Shown in pieces: positions 21,131 through 32,194 of a stretch of DNA of 37,468 nucleotides; positions within the stretch are counted from its first letter, which is position 1, and each line of letters opens with the position of its first letter. Below the pieces are notes generated by a model. That model saw nothing but the letters and a program-made list of their open reading frames with translations. It was not told the DNA's origin and ran no database searches. This stretch comes from Diploschistes diacapsis (Eukaryota). Location: the NCBI GenBank assembly GCA_023645945.1, contig JALAIB010000061.1, positions 1 through 37,468 on the forward strand. The letters run 5' to 3'. The translations under genes and the position numbers were made by a program.

Positions 21131-23654
21131 CTGTCTCTTAGCTTGTTGTGGATCTCTTTGTCCTCCAGATGCGTAAGGCTTGCGGAGCCCTTTTCATATT
21201 GAGCCCGTGATCTGGCACAAGCTTTTCAATACAACGAGGTCCGAGCGAGAACTGGTGTAGGCCATGGCGCTTACTCATCATCTAAGAGATCAGCTCTTCA
21301 ACAAAGTTTAGCAATATGGAAGGTCTCATCTCAAACAATGACACACTTCTTAGTTTGGAAAACTCTGAGTGATCACAAGTATGCCGAATTAGGACATAAT
21401 ATGATTTTCTGGGGAGAATGGACCCAGAGGAAGGGGAATCTTTCCATATCTGCCTGGGCCTCGTAGCCATGGCTGGCTTGAGATATTGAAGCAACTATTA
21501 GAGCGCATCCTCATTCGATTCTGTTATTAGTATATTGAGGACTCGACTGTGCTCATGAAATCTCTGCACTAAGACAAACTATACATCTGTTGCGACTCTG
21601 GCTCCTGCGGGTTGAATGGCCGAAGGTTGGTACGAAGATTCGAGCCAAGGGACGTAATATTTAACAGGTGGTGGGTGTGAGGAGTAAAAACTTAGCAGAC
21701 GTTAACGGCTTTATGTACCGGCTACAAAAGGGGGACGGACGCTAGTCCAGTTTGGGACAGAAACATCCCACGTCTTCAATCTTGCGCCACTTCTTCTCGA
21801 CAACAAAATAACGAAAGAAGCCTATATTTGCCCCTGAGCTACATAGGGAGACAAGGGTTTCTCGCGAACTAGTTATTGAACCGCAAAAGCTGTTGTTGCA
21901 GCTGTAATAAAAGGCGAAAAACCTGATGGTTATACCTAGCCGTCCTACTTCTGTGGCCCGCACGTGTAGGTAGCACACACAGGAAGGAGCCTGGGGAACA
22001 AATTAAGAACAGTCAGCTAGGGTTTGTGGTTTTTAACATAACACCCTTTAATACATTCTATCAAAATCTGAGAGTAGCAGTGAACAACGTGCCAACTGGT
22101 TCCAACAACGCGCGGCCAAGGCTACCCCAGAACTTGTGTACAGGGCTAGATGCGGTCTGTGCGCTCTGACCGTTTTACGTTTTTGGTGGCGCCCCAATAG
22201 AGGAGCTGCAGAATACACCACTATCCATGAGTACTGCAGGCAACATGCACCTACCTTACTGGCCTCGCTTCGTACTGCAAGCGTGCAAGTACAGCCTCTG
22301 TCGTCGTCCAACTGTTAGCTCGGCCTTACTTACTACTTCCTTCTTAGGGGGATAGAGGCAGAAAGAAGCGGGTCAATGAGCTAGATGAAGTGGGGCGATC
22401 TAACGGTTGGACGACGAGTCGACAACAGAGGTTGTACAGTGCAGCCAGGGGTGATACCGCCATCTCGGCAGTGGAGTAGCTTTAACTTTCTCCAGCAAGT
22501 TAGCACAGCTTACGGATCCACAGGAACTCTGAAGCCACTCGCAGTCCTTATCGCACGCCAACCCCACCCACAGCACTCTTTTCCCTTTCCCTTTCCCTGA
22601 TTGGTGAGGTTGAAGCCTCAAAGGGGAAACAGCGCTATCATGGCCCGCCCGGCACGAGTTGAACTCGGCCAGTTCGCACATTTCACTTGACCTGCCAATG
22701 GGCCTTGGCTTTGCCAAACCTGTACTGTTCCCATCAGACGCTCTTCCATATGGTGCTGGACTGTAGAATGTGCCATCCCCAGGACAAACAGAGTACCTAA
22801 ACTTCAAGGTCAAGTGAGGCAGGCCTCCCGTTCCAGCAGCCCTAAAAAAGTGTGTGTATATGTCCTGAACTCCTGGCCCTGAATCTGTGGAACGCCACAG
22901 CTCCCCCGCCATCCGCCCGCACTTTGTACGAAAGACGTGTAAATTTCTACCCGCAGATAGATAGAGTACTTCTTGCAGGTCAACGAGGGGATGGGGGGTT
23001 CGTTTGCTGCGGACCGACGGGAATTGACCTGCTACCGCTGCTGCATTCTTTCGCATTTGCCAAGTTGAGCATCATATCAGCGGCAGAGCATCGGGGCGAG
23101 CAATTGCTATACAGCAAGCATGGTAGATGGCTTATATGAAAGCCGTCTTTTTTTCAAAAAAAAACCTATCGTCTTTCCCAAAACCGAATGGTCATGTCGT
23201 GTAGAGCGCGTTCTCCAAAAACTGTCTCGTCTCCTTCTTCTGTACGCATAAGCAAAGCGGAGGACGCTTCCGATGACTTATAACGTGGTTGACCAATCAA
23301 TATCTCAAGCTACCAGAAGACACTGTAATTCATGGAATTGGTAGTGCCTGCCTGTCGGTAACAGCTTGAATGCAGGACCTCATCCCTGACCTGCGTTGGA
23401 GCAAAAGGCTCTGACGGAGCGGAACAACCCATAGCCGGTGGCCAATCTTTTGGCCTACATTCATGAACACATGGAAGTAAGGTCGCAAAACAGCCCGTTC
23501 TCCTTTGGAATGTTGTATTCTTCTTCTGCAAGACAGACTTGCATCAGTTGAATGGTTAGCCGGGCATGTTGTTTGTCACTCGGAGGCCAACTCAATGCGC
23601 TCTTTGGGAGCAGTAGGCGCAACCGCAGCCGGAAAGTTACAAGACTCATTTACT

Positions 23655-24473
23655 TTAAAAATCCTGAATTCCACTCTCACCCTCTACATTGCCTTCAATC
23701 TCGCTCTCCTGCTCCTCAAACCACCCCTCCTCTGCTTGCCTCCCGGCCCAGTCCCCTTCTAGTTCTTCGTCTTCATCCACGATTGTATAGTCAAAATTCT
23801 CATCCAGCCCTGACACGAACCGCTCGGCTAGCAGAGCGCGCCAACGTTCCTCGCCTTGTCTCTTCGCATAGGTCTTGGCGCCGTCTGAGATGGCCTGTGC
23901 TGGAAGAAGTATGGGCTGCCGAGGACGTTGTCGTAACCTTACAGATTGTGACTCTGCTATTCTTTCCCGAAGATGTGCTATGTCGCTCATTACGTCGTCT
24001 TCGGGGAGGTCTTCTTCCTCTTCCAGGCCTGCGTCACCCTCAGTCTCTGGTTGTCCAAGTTCTACTACTTCTCCAGGTGGTGACTCGGCAACGCTCCAAT
24101 CCACCGTCTCTGCTCCCCCCTCAACCTTCGTTTCCCTCCGATTCGCCAGCTCTTTATACCCCCTACTGTCATTGACACCCTCCCTCCTAGCTTCCCCACG
24201 GAGCAGTCCCGCCTCGAGTGTCCCTGCAAAGCCCCTTTTCTTCCCTTCCGCCTCTCTTTCTGAAGCGTTGAGATGCCGTCTGACCCAGCGATCGTAAGCT
24301 AAAGGCTCGCTAAGCTCGGCCTCGGCCGAGGCAGAGGCAAAGTAGGATGGATGGGTCTCGAGGTAGCGACGGCGGCGCGTCAGGGTTTTTTTGGGAAGTT
24401 TGGGACGGTAACCGGGAGTTGGAAGGGAAATTGAGGGGCGTAGACAATGAAGCAGGTCGTTGTTCGGTAGCAT
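23655..24473 (-). CDS. CCDC97-like protein (DUF2052), ~272 aa
   Basis: RRRRYLETHPSYF, EPLAYDRWVRR, EREAEG, ERFVSGLDENFDYTIVDEDEE, EEGWFEEQE and terminal GESGIQDF match the family pattern as I recall it. First in-frame ATG is at 24473; the start is uncertain. Confidence 0.82.
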   Translation of the reverse strand: MLPNNDLLHCLRPSISLPTPGYRPKLPKKTLTRRRRYLETHPSYFASASAEAELSEPLAYDRWVRRHLNASEREAEGKKRGFAGTLEAGLLRGEARREGVNDSRGYKELANRRETKVEGGAETVDWSVAESPPGEVVELGQPETEGDAGLEEEEDLPEDDVMSDIAHLRERIAESQSVRLRQRPRQPILLPAQAISDGAKTYAKRQGEERWRALLAERFVSGLDENFDYTIVDEDEELEGDWAGRQAEEGWFEEQESEIEGNVEGESGIQDF

Positions 24474-25027
24474 TCTTGTAGGCTGTGAGCATAGACGCTG
24501 GCTTGGGAGGAGGGAGGAGGACGGTGTGGGAGGGAAGTACACCTGCTTGTGGTCGTCGATGGGAAAGGGGTATGATGAAGTGAGGGGGAGGTGTGCGAAA
24601 GCGCCCACTTGTCGAGGTTGAGCGCTCACTGTTTTCGAAAGCTGGTGCCACAATCTAGCCACAGTGGGGGTCTTTTCACAAGCGTTGATCTTTTCGTTTT
24701 GCAATGCAACGTGAAACGTGGTGCTTCAGAGTAGAACAAATGTAGGATACGCGAGTACAGGTTTGATTGAGCACATACAGTACGAGCTTGCAGGGGTTTT
24801 GACTCTACATCGTTCTTTTTCCTATTTATGACCCTTACTTCGGTTTATGCTGTGAATATCAATTTGTGATGAGTTCATGACCAATCATTTCTTTTTGTTG
24901 AATGTTTATTTCCAAGCAAAGCATCTCTCCGAGTAGATCAGCGGCAAAAGAGTGACACCTTTTCTAAGTGAGATATAACATCAGAGCTTTGCAGGTGGTT
25001 CACTCAGCAGCTACAGAAGTGCTCCCG

Positions 25028-26995
25028 ATGGTCCGATCAGCAAAGGTCAGGCCTCCGGCGGCAAAACGGCGCGGACTTGTTAACAAGAGGGCTTCGATAA
25101 TCTTGCTATGGAGAGAAATGTGCCTCCTTGTGCTCACTGGAGTATCTTCTACCGTCTTCCAGCTCCCGTTATCCCCTTCTCATGGCAGTATTCCACCGGA
25201 ACAATATCGCAACGAGGTTACAGTGGTCTTTGTCACTCTGACGCTCGTGTTGAGGACTTTGCACCCGCCGGGCCCTTTCTTAGATCTATCAAGGACTGCA
25301 TTTGCACTAAGTTGTCTTGTGACATGGACGCCCCTTATCCAATTCGCACTTGCGCCAACTGCGCGCTTCGCTGGGCCAGCGTTGAGTGCTGCATTCATCA
25401 CCGCAGTCACTTTCGGGCCGATGGTAGCTTTAGCCGTGAACGAAATGGCCTCCAAGCTAGAGGTACATATAGCCTTCCCAGGCCCTAGAAGCGCCTCGAC
25501 TGTAGTCCTCGGTCTTATTGCTGCTGCCATGCTCACGATAGCTAGCAGCCTCAGCGACATATGCGTTCCGGCGCTTGTTAATTTACATCCACTGCTCACG
25601 AGGCCTATGCTGCCCTTCTTCATCCCGCCTTTGATGATGCTTTTCATTTCCTCTTCTGGACTTCTGTGGCTTGCGGCACTGCTGTATCTGCTCTCTTGGC
25701 CACTGATACCTCACACCTCGTTCGCAATCCTATCGAGTCGCTCCGACCGATCTTTGAATGACATTGGCTACAGAATCTTACGGCGAGAGGAAAGTCTGAC
25801 CGGTTATCTCTCAGTAGTTGAAAACCGTCGTGCTGGCTACCGTGCTCTTAGGTGCGATCATAGTCTATTGGGAGGGGAATGGATCCCAAACCTCGGGAGC
25901 TGGCCCGGCGGCGAAGGCCATGATGGTCCGACTGGTCTCGTAGGGGAGCCTGTATACGCCGTGTTTGTAATGCTCGAGGCGATCAGACTAGTTCGGGATG
26001 CAACTACTGGGCTCAAGGACGCAGAAACTGAGCACGGACCTGTGATATCGGACAACGAGGCTAAAGCACTCGTCATGTAAGTGATCCCGAGACCATGCAC
26101 CGGGAATTAAGCGCTTAGGCCCTTTTGCGCAGCGGTTTAGGGATTGGCACAACACCCGGTGCCTTGATCGCCCATGGTATAAATACTACGGTTGTCGAAA
26201 TCGACCCCGTTGTACACAAGATGGCCCTCGACTTCTTCAACTTGTCGAAGAATCACACAGCCTATATTGAAGATGCAACTGTGTTTGTGAAGAACCAAAT
26301 CGTAGAGATGGCGACTGAAGTCCAAGCGAGGAATGCTGCTGCTAAAGACTCCTCAAAAGAGGACATGGTGCTGGGTAAGTACGACTATATTGTACACGAC
26401 GTCTTCACAGGGGGGGCTGAGCCTGTGGACTTGTTCACCGAGACCTTCATCCGAAGTTTGAGTTATCTTCTGAAACCTGATGGAGTTATTGCTATTGTGG
26501 GTATTCTTCTAGTCTCCGAGCATTTAGCGACGAATGCCTCGAGAGAACCCCGCTGACTGCTCGTAGAACTACGCCACTGATGTCTTCCTCCCTTCTGCAT
26601 CCTACGTCTACACCACTGTTTTGAGCGTCTTTCCGAACTGCCGTCTCTTTCGAGACACCGATCCTGCAGAATCCAATGCCTCAAGTGCGACCTCTGACTT
26701 CACCAATACGGTTCTCTTCTGTCGGAAGGCGAAGAACCCGTTTGTGTTCCGTGACCCAATCAAGAGCGATTACCTGGGAAGCTCGATCAGGCAAGCGTGG
26801 CTCAAGCCGAAATATGAGGTTTCTTTAGAGCCATTTGTGGGAAATAGAAACGGCAATGGATGGGAGTTGGATTTTAGCAAAGTCTTGACCAAAGATAGAG
26901 TCTTTGAATTGAAAAAATGGCATGCTGCAAGTGCTGCAAGACATTGGGAGCTCATGCGGACCGTCATGCCGGACATAGTCTGGGAAAGATGGTGA
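25028..26995 (+). CDS. Membrane-anchored spermidine-synthase-like SAM-dependent transferase, ~613 aa; exons 25028-26076, 26133-26496, 26567-26995
   Basis: Multiple hydrophobic segments at the N-terminus, then REESLTGYLSVVEN, LRCDHSLLGGEW, VFVMLEAIRL, ALVI|GLGIGT (SAM motif I), VVEIDPVV, YDYIVHDVFTGGAEP and LKPDGVIAI|NYA. Introns 26077-26132 (GTAAGT..CAG) and 26497-26566 (GTGGGT..GCTGAC..TAG) keep frame. Confidence 0.9.
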
Positions 26996-28095
26996 TAAGA
27001 CCGAATCAAAGAATATTGGGGAATGAGGAACAACCTAGCAAGTTACCCCATTCTATTAGCCCCGTTGTGATTTGTGTGACCTATACTGGGAAGCTTTCAT
27101 ATAGTTTGTACTCCTCTAACTTGAAGGGAAACTCTCGGGCATACATGGATGTGGTCCATTGTGCTAGTGACAAACTCAAGGACCTAGTGTACAGCACGCT
27201 AGTCATATTTAATCAATGTCTCGCTTCCTCTTTACTTTAGGCTCACAAGACAAGGCTCACAAGACAGTGGGTGATTTCTGGACTTCCTGCGTGATGAGAA
27301 ATAGCGATATCTGAGATCTACCATAAATTTTATCTCCAGGCTGAACCTTAGTTTGGGAGGGGCTACCAAGTGCTATCGAGGTATTCGATAGTGAGTTTAA
27401 TGCTTTCCCTTCTCTGCTCTCCGGAGGTTGGGGCTGAACTGAAATTTCACGAGTTCTAATGACTATTGCTCTTAGGTGAGTGACAACTCTATTACTGCCT
27501 ACTCAAGGATACTTGTGCGTTAACGATCCATGGCAGAGGAGTCAAGTTTTTTCTGCTCTTTGAAGCTGACAAGAGTAGACTCTTCGACCTAATTCCCGCT
27601 CTTCGAGACCATAGTCTGGTCATCCAATGGCTTACTGATCATGGTAGAGTAGGGAGAGGAGTATCCCAACGCGAGTAAGATAACGACCTGGAACGGCTGA
27701 CTGGACTTGCTAACTATCACAGCAACCGACATGGTGGCTCAGGTTAGCACCCTAAAAAGCAAAGAATCTAGCAGTGTTTTGGGTTGAGTGGACCGATAGA
27801 AGGGTAAGTAAGTACACAGTACACATCCATGAAGAACTCTCGGGAGCTGCTTCAGGAGGATATTTGCCGTGGCAACTACACCCGTTATCAAGAAAGTCAC
27901 GCGAAGCAATGAAGCTTTAAGCAAAACAACGTGTTTGTTCAGCAAACTCATAAGCAAACCGCATCCGAGACTCTTGAGCTGTACTATGCTGATGCATCGA
28001 TGCAGGTATTTTTTTGCTCTCATAGTCATCTGTGAGCCAAAGGACTGTGCACAAGTAGTGGCTGAGCTAATCGAGTGGTTACAGCTACCCTCAGG

Positions 28096-29441
28096 ATGAC
28101 TCCAGGGATTTCAAATTCCCCAAAGCCAGCAGTCACTTTGGCTCATTTGAAGGGGAAGGAAGATAAAGAGCTAGACTGTCACCTAGCAAAGGTGGAGAAA
28201 GAGCGAGTAGTGGCAGATGCTGAAGCCTTTCATCAGAACATTAAGGGAATAGTTGAGCCAACGAGCAACATCGGACGTCGTTATTTGGCGACGAAATATC
28301 CAGGGCGATATCCTCAATGGTCCCATCTTGTGGAAGGGAAAGGAGGAGTGGAAGCTCGAGCGACCCAAAAAGGTACGACTTTGATCTTCCAGAACTATGA
28401 TGGCTTTCATTTTTCATATTTTGTAACTAAACCCCAACAGCTCAATCCCTTAGGCCCACAAGAGGAAGCCCAAGCTCCAATGCAAGATCCAGTCGTAGAG
28501 GAGTCGGAAGAACGGGAACTGGACTTGGAAGGGGACGAGGTAGTTATGGGACAACAAAACATGCACAAGGAAGTAGGGCAATGTCTGGGGGCGAGCAACA
28601 CCCGTTGGATATGCCGCCTGGCACCTCATTCATGACGTCCCCAAAACGGGAAGGTCGTAGTGCACAGCTGTCAGGCCGACAGCAACACTTCAATGCGAGC
28701 CGGGAAAGCCAAGGATCTCGGCACCATTTTCCTGGGCCGCCGCTCTCCCGTTATAATAATCGCGATCAGGTAAGTCCCACCGAGCGAGCGCAGGGCACGG
28801 AGGCACCCACGGCCAAAACACCCCCCCAATTATCCGGTCAATTCAAGACCTATGAGGAATGGCATGCCGATAAAGTTCGTCAAGAGCTTAAGCTGAAGGA
28901 GGAGAGCTATGCAATGCTGATGGAAGAGAATGAAAGAGCGCTACACGTGGATCTGCCTTGCGATGGGGAATCAGTATCGTCACATTCAATTTCGACAGAG
29001 CCAAGATCAGAGCGCTCAGGGCACCTACCGCAATACCCTCTCCTTGAGCCAATCAAGAAGGCGCCCTCCCCTGCTGCATTATCATTCGGAATTCCTCCGA
29101 TGACGGCGGCCAAGGCGCCGGGTATGCCTTCTTCGACCCCTGCTCTTGAACCAATCAAGGTTCCGTTTGTGAACAAGTTGGGAATCCAACAACTATCCCC
29201 CATCAACTATGACAGCGACCCACGAGAGACGGGGGAATTGGTGCCCGGTTTAGCTGCTCATTCCAAGTTTCAAGCCCCGGATTGGCGTGCACGCGGGAAG
29301 ACTGAATCGCGGGCGTGCTTATCGGATACTGGAAGTGAGAAGTCGACTCCCAGAAAGACTTCGAAAGTCGAAATTAGCCCTGACATGACCGAGAACATCG
29401 ATGACATTACTGCAGGCTGGGACCGTGCTCTTCTAGGTTGA
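28096..29441 (+). CDS. Hypothetical, largely disordered protein, ~425 aa; exons 28096-28372 and 28441-29441
   Basis: A 68-nt intron at 28373-28440 (GTACGA..ACTAA..CAG) joins the 186-aa and 286-aa ORFs in frame through an RG-rich linker. No recognisable domain. Additional upstream exons are possible. Confidence 0.65.
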
Positions 29442-31776
29442 TCTAAGTTGATTGCAATCTCTCATTAGGTGCAGTGGATAATTGAGATTTGGTGGTGGCG
29501 TGACTTTCAACTACGGAATCATGAAGTGCTGAGATGAGATGTTGAAGAAGGCAGCAATTGAAAGGAGAAGAATCATATCGCAGGCTAGCATGCAACTCGA
29601 CAGATTGCATTAAAGCTCCGAAGCCCTTTTCTGCAATTACTCCACACATAATGCAATAAGCTTGCTCCATAATTTCTCGAAAAATTCAACGAGGTTCTGT
29701 CTCGGAGCTACAAACGCCTGTGACATTGCTCCTCGCTTTGACGTAAGCGTGATGAGTTGTGAAGACAAGCAGTCTGCTTTTAGGCTGCACCGTCGTGATG
29801 AGAATTCTCATGTCTCGTACACTTTCCTGTAGGATGGCTGAGTGGATTTCTCTTCAAGCGCTTCTAGGCCAATGATACCCACGAGATTAAGTACTGCAGG
29901 TAGCGGGTGTAGTACCACATGGGTGTACTAGTTCGGCTGTTACCCGTAACTACTAGAAACGTCGGTGCCTGGGGTGTGCGTATTCTGACCGTTAACTTAG
30001 AAACTAACGTAAGTAGATTACCGGAGCTCATGACAACCAAGCTTCATGAATCCCTTAAAGAACAACATTGGAAAGGGAAGATAAAGTAATAAAACACACA
30101 AAGAGGACTAGCGTTCGTCCTACCTTTTATTACTAGCACATCGCAGATTTCAAAGCTTTGTTTCAACGTACACGCGCAGATTCGTCGACGTGAGGGCATT
30201 GTAATAGATAAACGATCACCCTTCTTCTTTGATTGCCGTTGATCTGAGAGATGTGTAACGGATCATCTCGTAAGCAGGTCCTCCTCCTAATCTTATTAAG
30301 CTAATATTTTCATTGATTGAGGCATGTGGACACCGGACTGACGTGCGATCGAGCAAGGCGATATCAGGCAGACCCCTGTAAAGTGAAAAAATCTTCTGGT
30401 TATACCAAGCAGGCTACACACCGTCATATCATGCAATGACACGCTTAGGCTTCTTCCGTGGTTGTTCCATACCCTCTTGTGTCTTGCGTCAAGGAGGGCC
30501 TGCTCAGCTGAAACATTCACAACGTGGAAGTGGGTTAAGTAGGAGATCGTGCGCCGTTCAACGTTGTGCTAAAAGCTTCTGAACGTGGCGCGTTAGGTGA
30601 CATTGTGGAACAGTCTGTCTGGGAACGTCGTTAAAACTCTGCAACAAGCAAATGGCCTGCCCGATTAGAGGAATCAGTATTCGGCCGTCCACAACGCGTA
30701 AGACAAACGGTGGATACACCTGCTGCTATCTGCAACAGGATGCTCAATTACGTCTCCCCTGGAGAAGATGCGCTTCTATGGAATACCTCTCTGTATACCT
30801 TGGTTTGGTGGTTCGGGGGACCCAACCCTGGAGCAGCTCTAAAAAGCCTATTAGCGCCCAGTGATGAATACTATACCAGTACGTGTAAGCCGCGGTGTTA
30901 TTCCCTATCGTTCATTCACCAAGACGAGCTCTACGGGAAATTGTCCATTCAAGGTCAAGAGGGCTGCGAACAGTCAGCAAAGAGGCATCTAACATGGCTT
31001 CCTTTTTTTTGTCTTCGGTTATATGTCCAACCTCAGCTACTTTGCTTGAGCCGCAAGCAGGGAATCGCTCCCGAACCGATCAAACGCTCTCAGTGTCCTT
31101 ATCGCTCCTACGTCGACTGTCATCCCACGAAACGTGCGACATGCTGGTCCGAGGCCCCCAAATCCGGTTGAGGCGCTGATCATACGCTTTTTGCGAGCCT
31201 GATTGAGAGTTCACTTCGCCTCTCTTTGTCCCATTTCAATCCATACGCTTCGCTTTTAGTGTGGTCTAATATTCCTTGAAGCTTCTATTCCTTCTAAATC
31301 GATAATACGTCTGTGGGATTCTCGACTCAAACCTGGCGTGTTGATTGAAGATCAATCAAATTTTCCCTGCTCCAGAAAGCCTAGGCATGTTAATTTCTCT
31401 CCAAGCTGAAAATCTTACTTCAGTTCAGCTCCAGTGGCCTGCAACTTGAATATTTCTTCGGGCTAGAACATCCTAGTCATTTCCTATTTTCGTCTTTAGC
31501 TTCAATGACAGGGTCGGTAACCTAGGGGGAGAGCACCAATGGCGATACTTTGCAGCCTCCTTTCCCTTGCCTTTGGAAAGGGAACTGCTAATTTGCTACC
31601 TTGCTGTTGCAATCTTGACACATACCATGTGCATCACGCAGGACCTTTGATGTTCTGTGTTCTTCGCATGCTGCGCCTCTACGCTGTGTCTTCCACCTTA
31701 TAATTTATTTTCATTTCACGTCAGCAAGCTTTGCTTGGATTGTTGAGCATACGCCGTAGGATTGTGAATCGCGAGT

Positions 31777-31782
31777 TATAAA
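31777..31782 (+). promoter_or_regulatory. TATA box for the microprotein gene at 31895
   Basis: TATAAA about 115 nt upstream of the ATG, followed by a pyrimidine-rich leader. Confidence 0.5.
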
Positions 31783-31894
31783 GCTCGCTTTGCCCTCTCG
31801 TACAAGATGATCACTATCAACCCGTTCTTCATCGTGTACTGGCAGCTTAATCTAGTCAGCCAATTTGCTTCATCTGGCGCTGTCATTCGATCCA

Positions 31895-32194
31895 ATGGCT
31901 CCCCGAAGCTGGCCTCTACAAAGGCGTTGCGATCACCCTTCAGAACCTGTTTACCCATCTCACTCATCCTCCACCTTGACACTCGACGAACCATCAAGTT
32001 ACGCCATTGGCCGCCGTATCCATTCTTCCGAATCTACCGACTATACTTTCAGCGGGCCTACGGCATTTGGACCGCCTAAACCACCACCAACAACCTGGTA
32101 TTGCTGTCATTGTGGGGATGGCCCCAAGAGTATCAGGCTTCAACCAGCATGTGTGGATTGCGGTCATCAGTTCAATAAATGCTGTGTCATTTGA
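31895..32194 (+). CDS. Small Cys-rich zinc-ribbon-like protein, 99 aa
   Basis: S/P-rich N-terminus, then TWYCCHCGDGPKSIRLQPACVDCGHQFNKCC. This gives two CxxC knuckles 12 residues apart. Upstream TATA box; no signal peptide. Confidence 0.65.
   Translation: MAPRSWPLQRRCDHPSEPVYPSHSSSTLTLDEPSSYAIGRRIHSSESTDYTFSGPTAFGPPKPPPTTWYCCHCGDGPKSIRLQPACVDCGHQFNKCCVI

Noticed and set aside
21138..21580. Minus-strand frame that looks protein-like but is interrupted by TAA/TAG stops (possible RIP remnant)
   Set aside because: No recognisable family motif; cannot be told apart from intergenic sequence by eye.
22400..23056. 218-aa minus-strand ORF
   Set aside because: Composition looks random, with no domain or supporting gene signals. 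Not excluded, but unsupported.
27239..27266. Direct repeat GGCTCACAAGACA x2
   Set aside because: Isolated short tandem duplication with no element between the copies; not a TSD or CRISPR repeat.
30652..31179. Overlapping 70-153 aa plus-strand ORFs
   Set aside because: No motif or consistent exon structure, and no WYC/CxxC pair.
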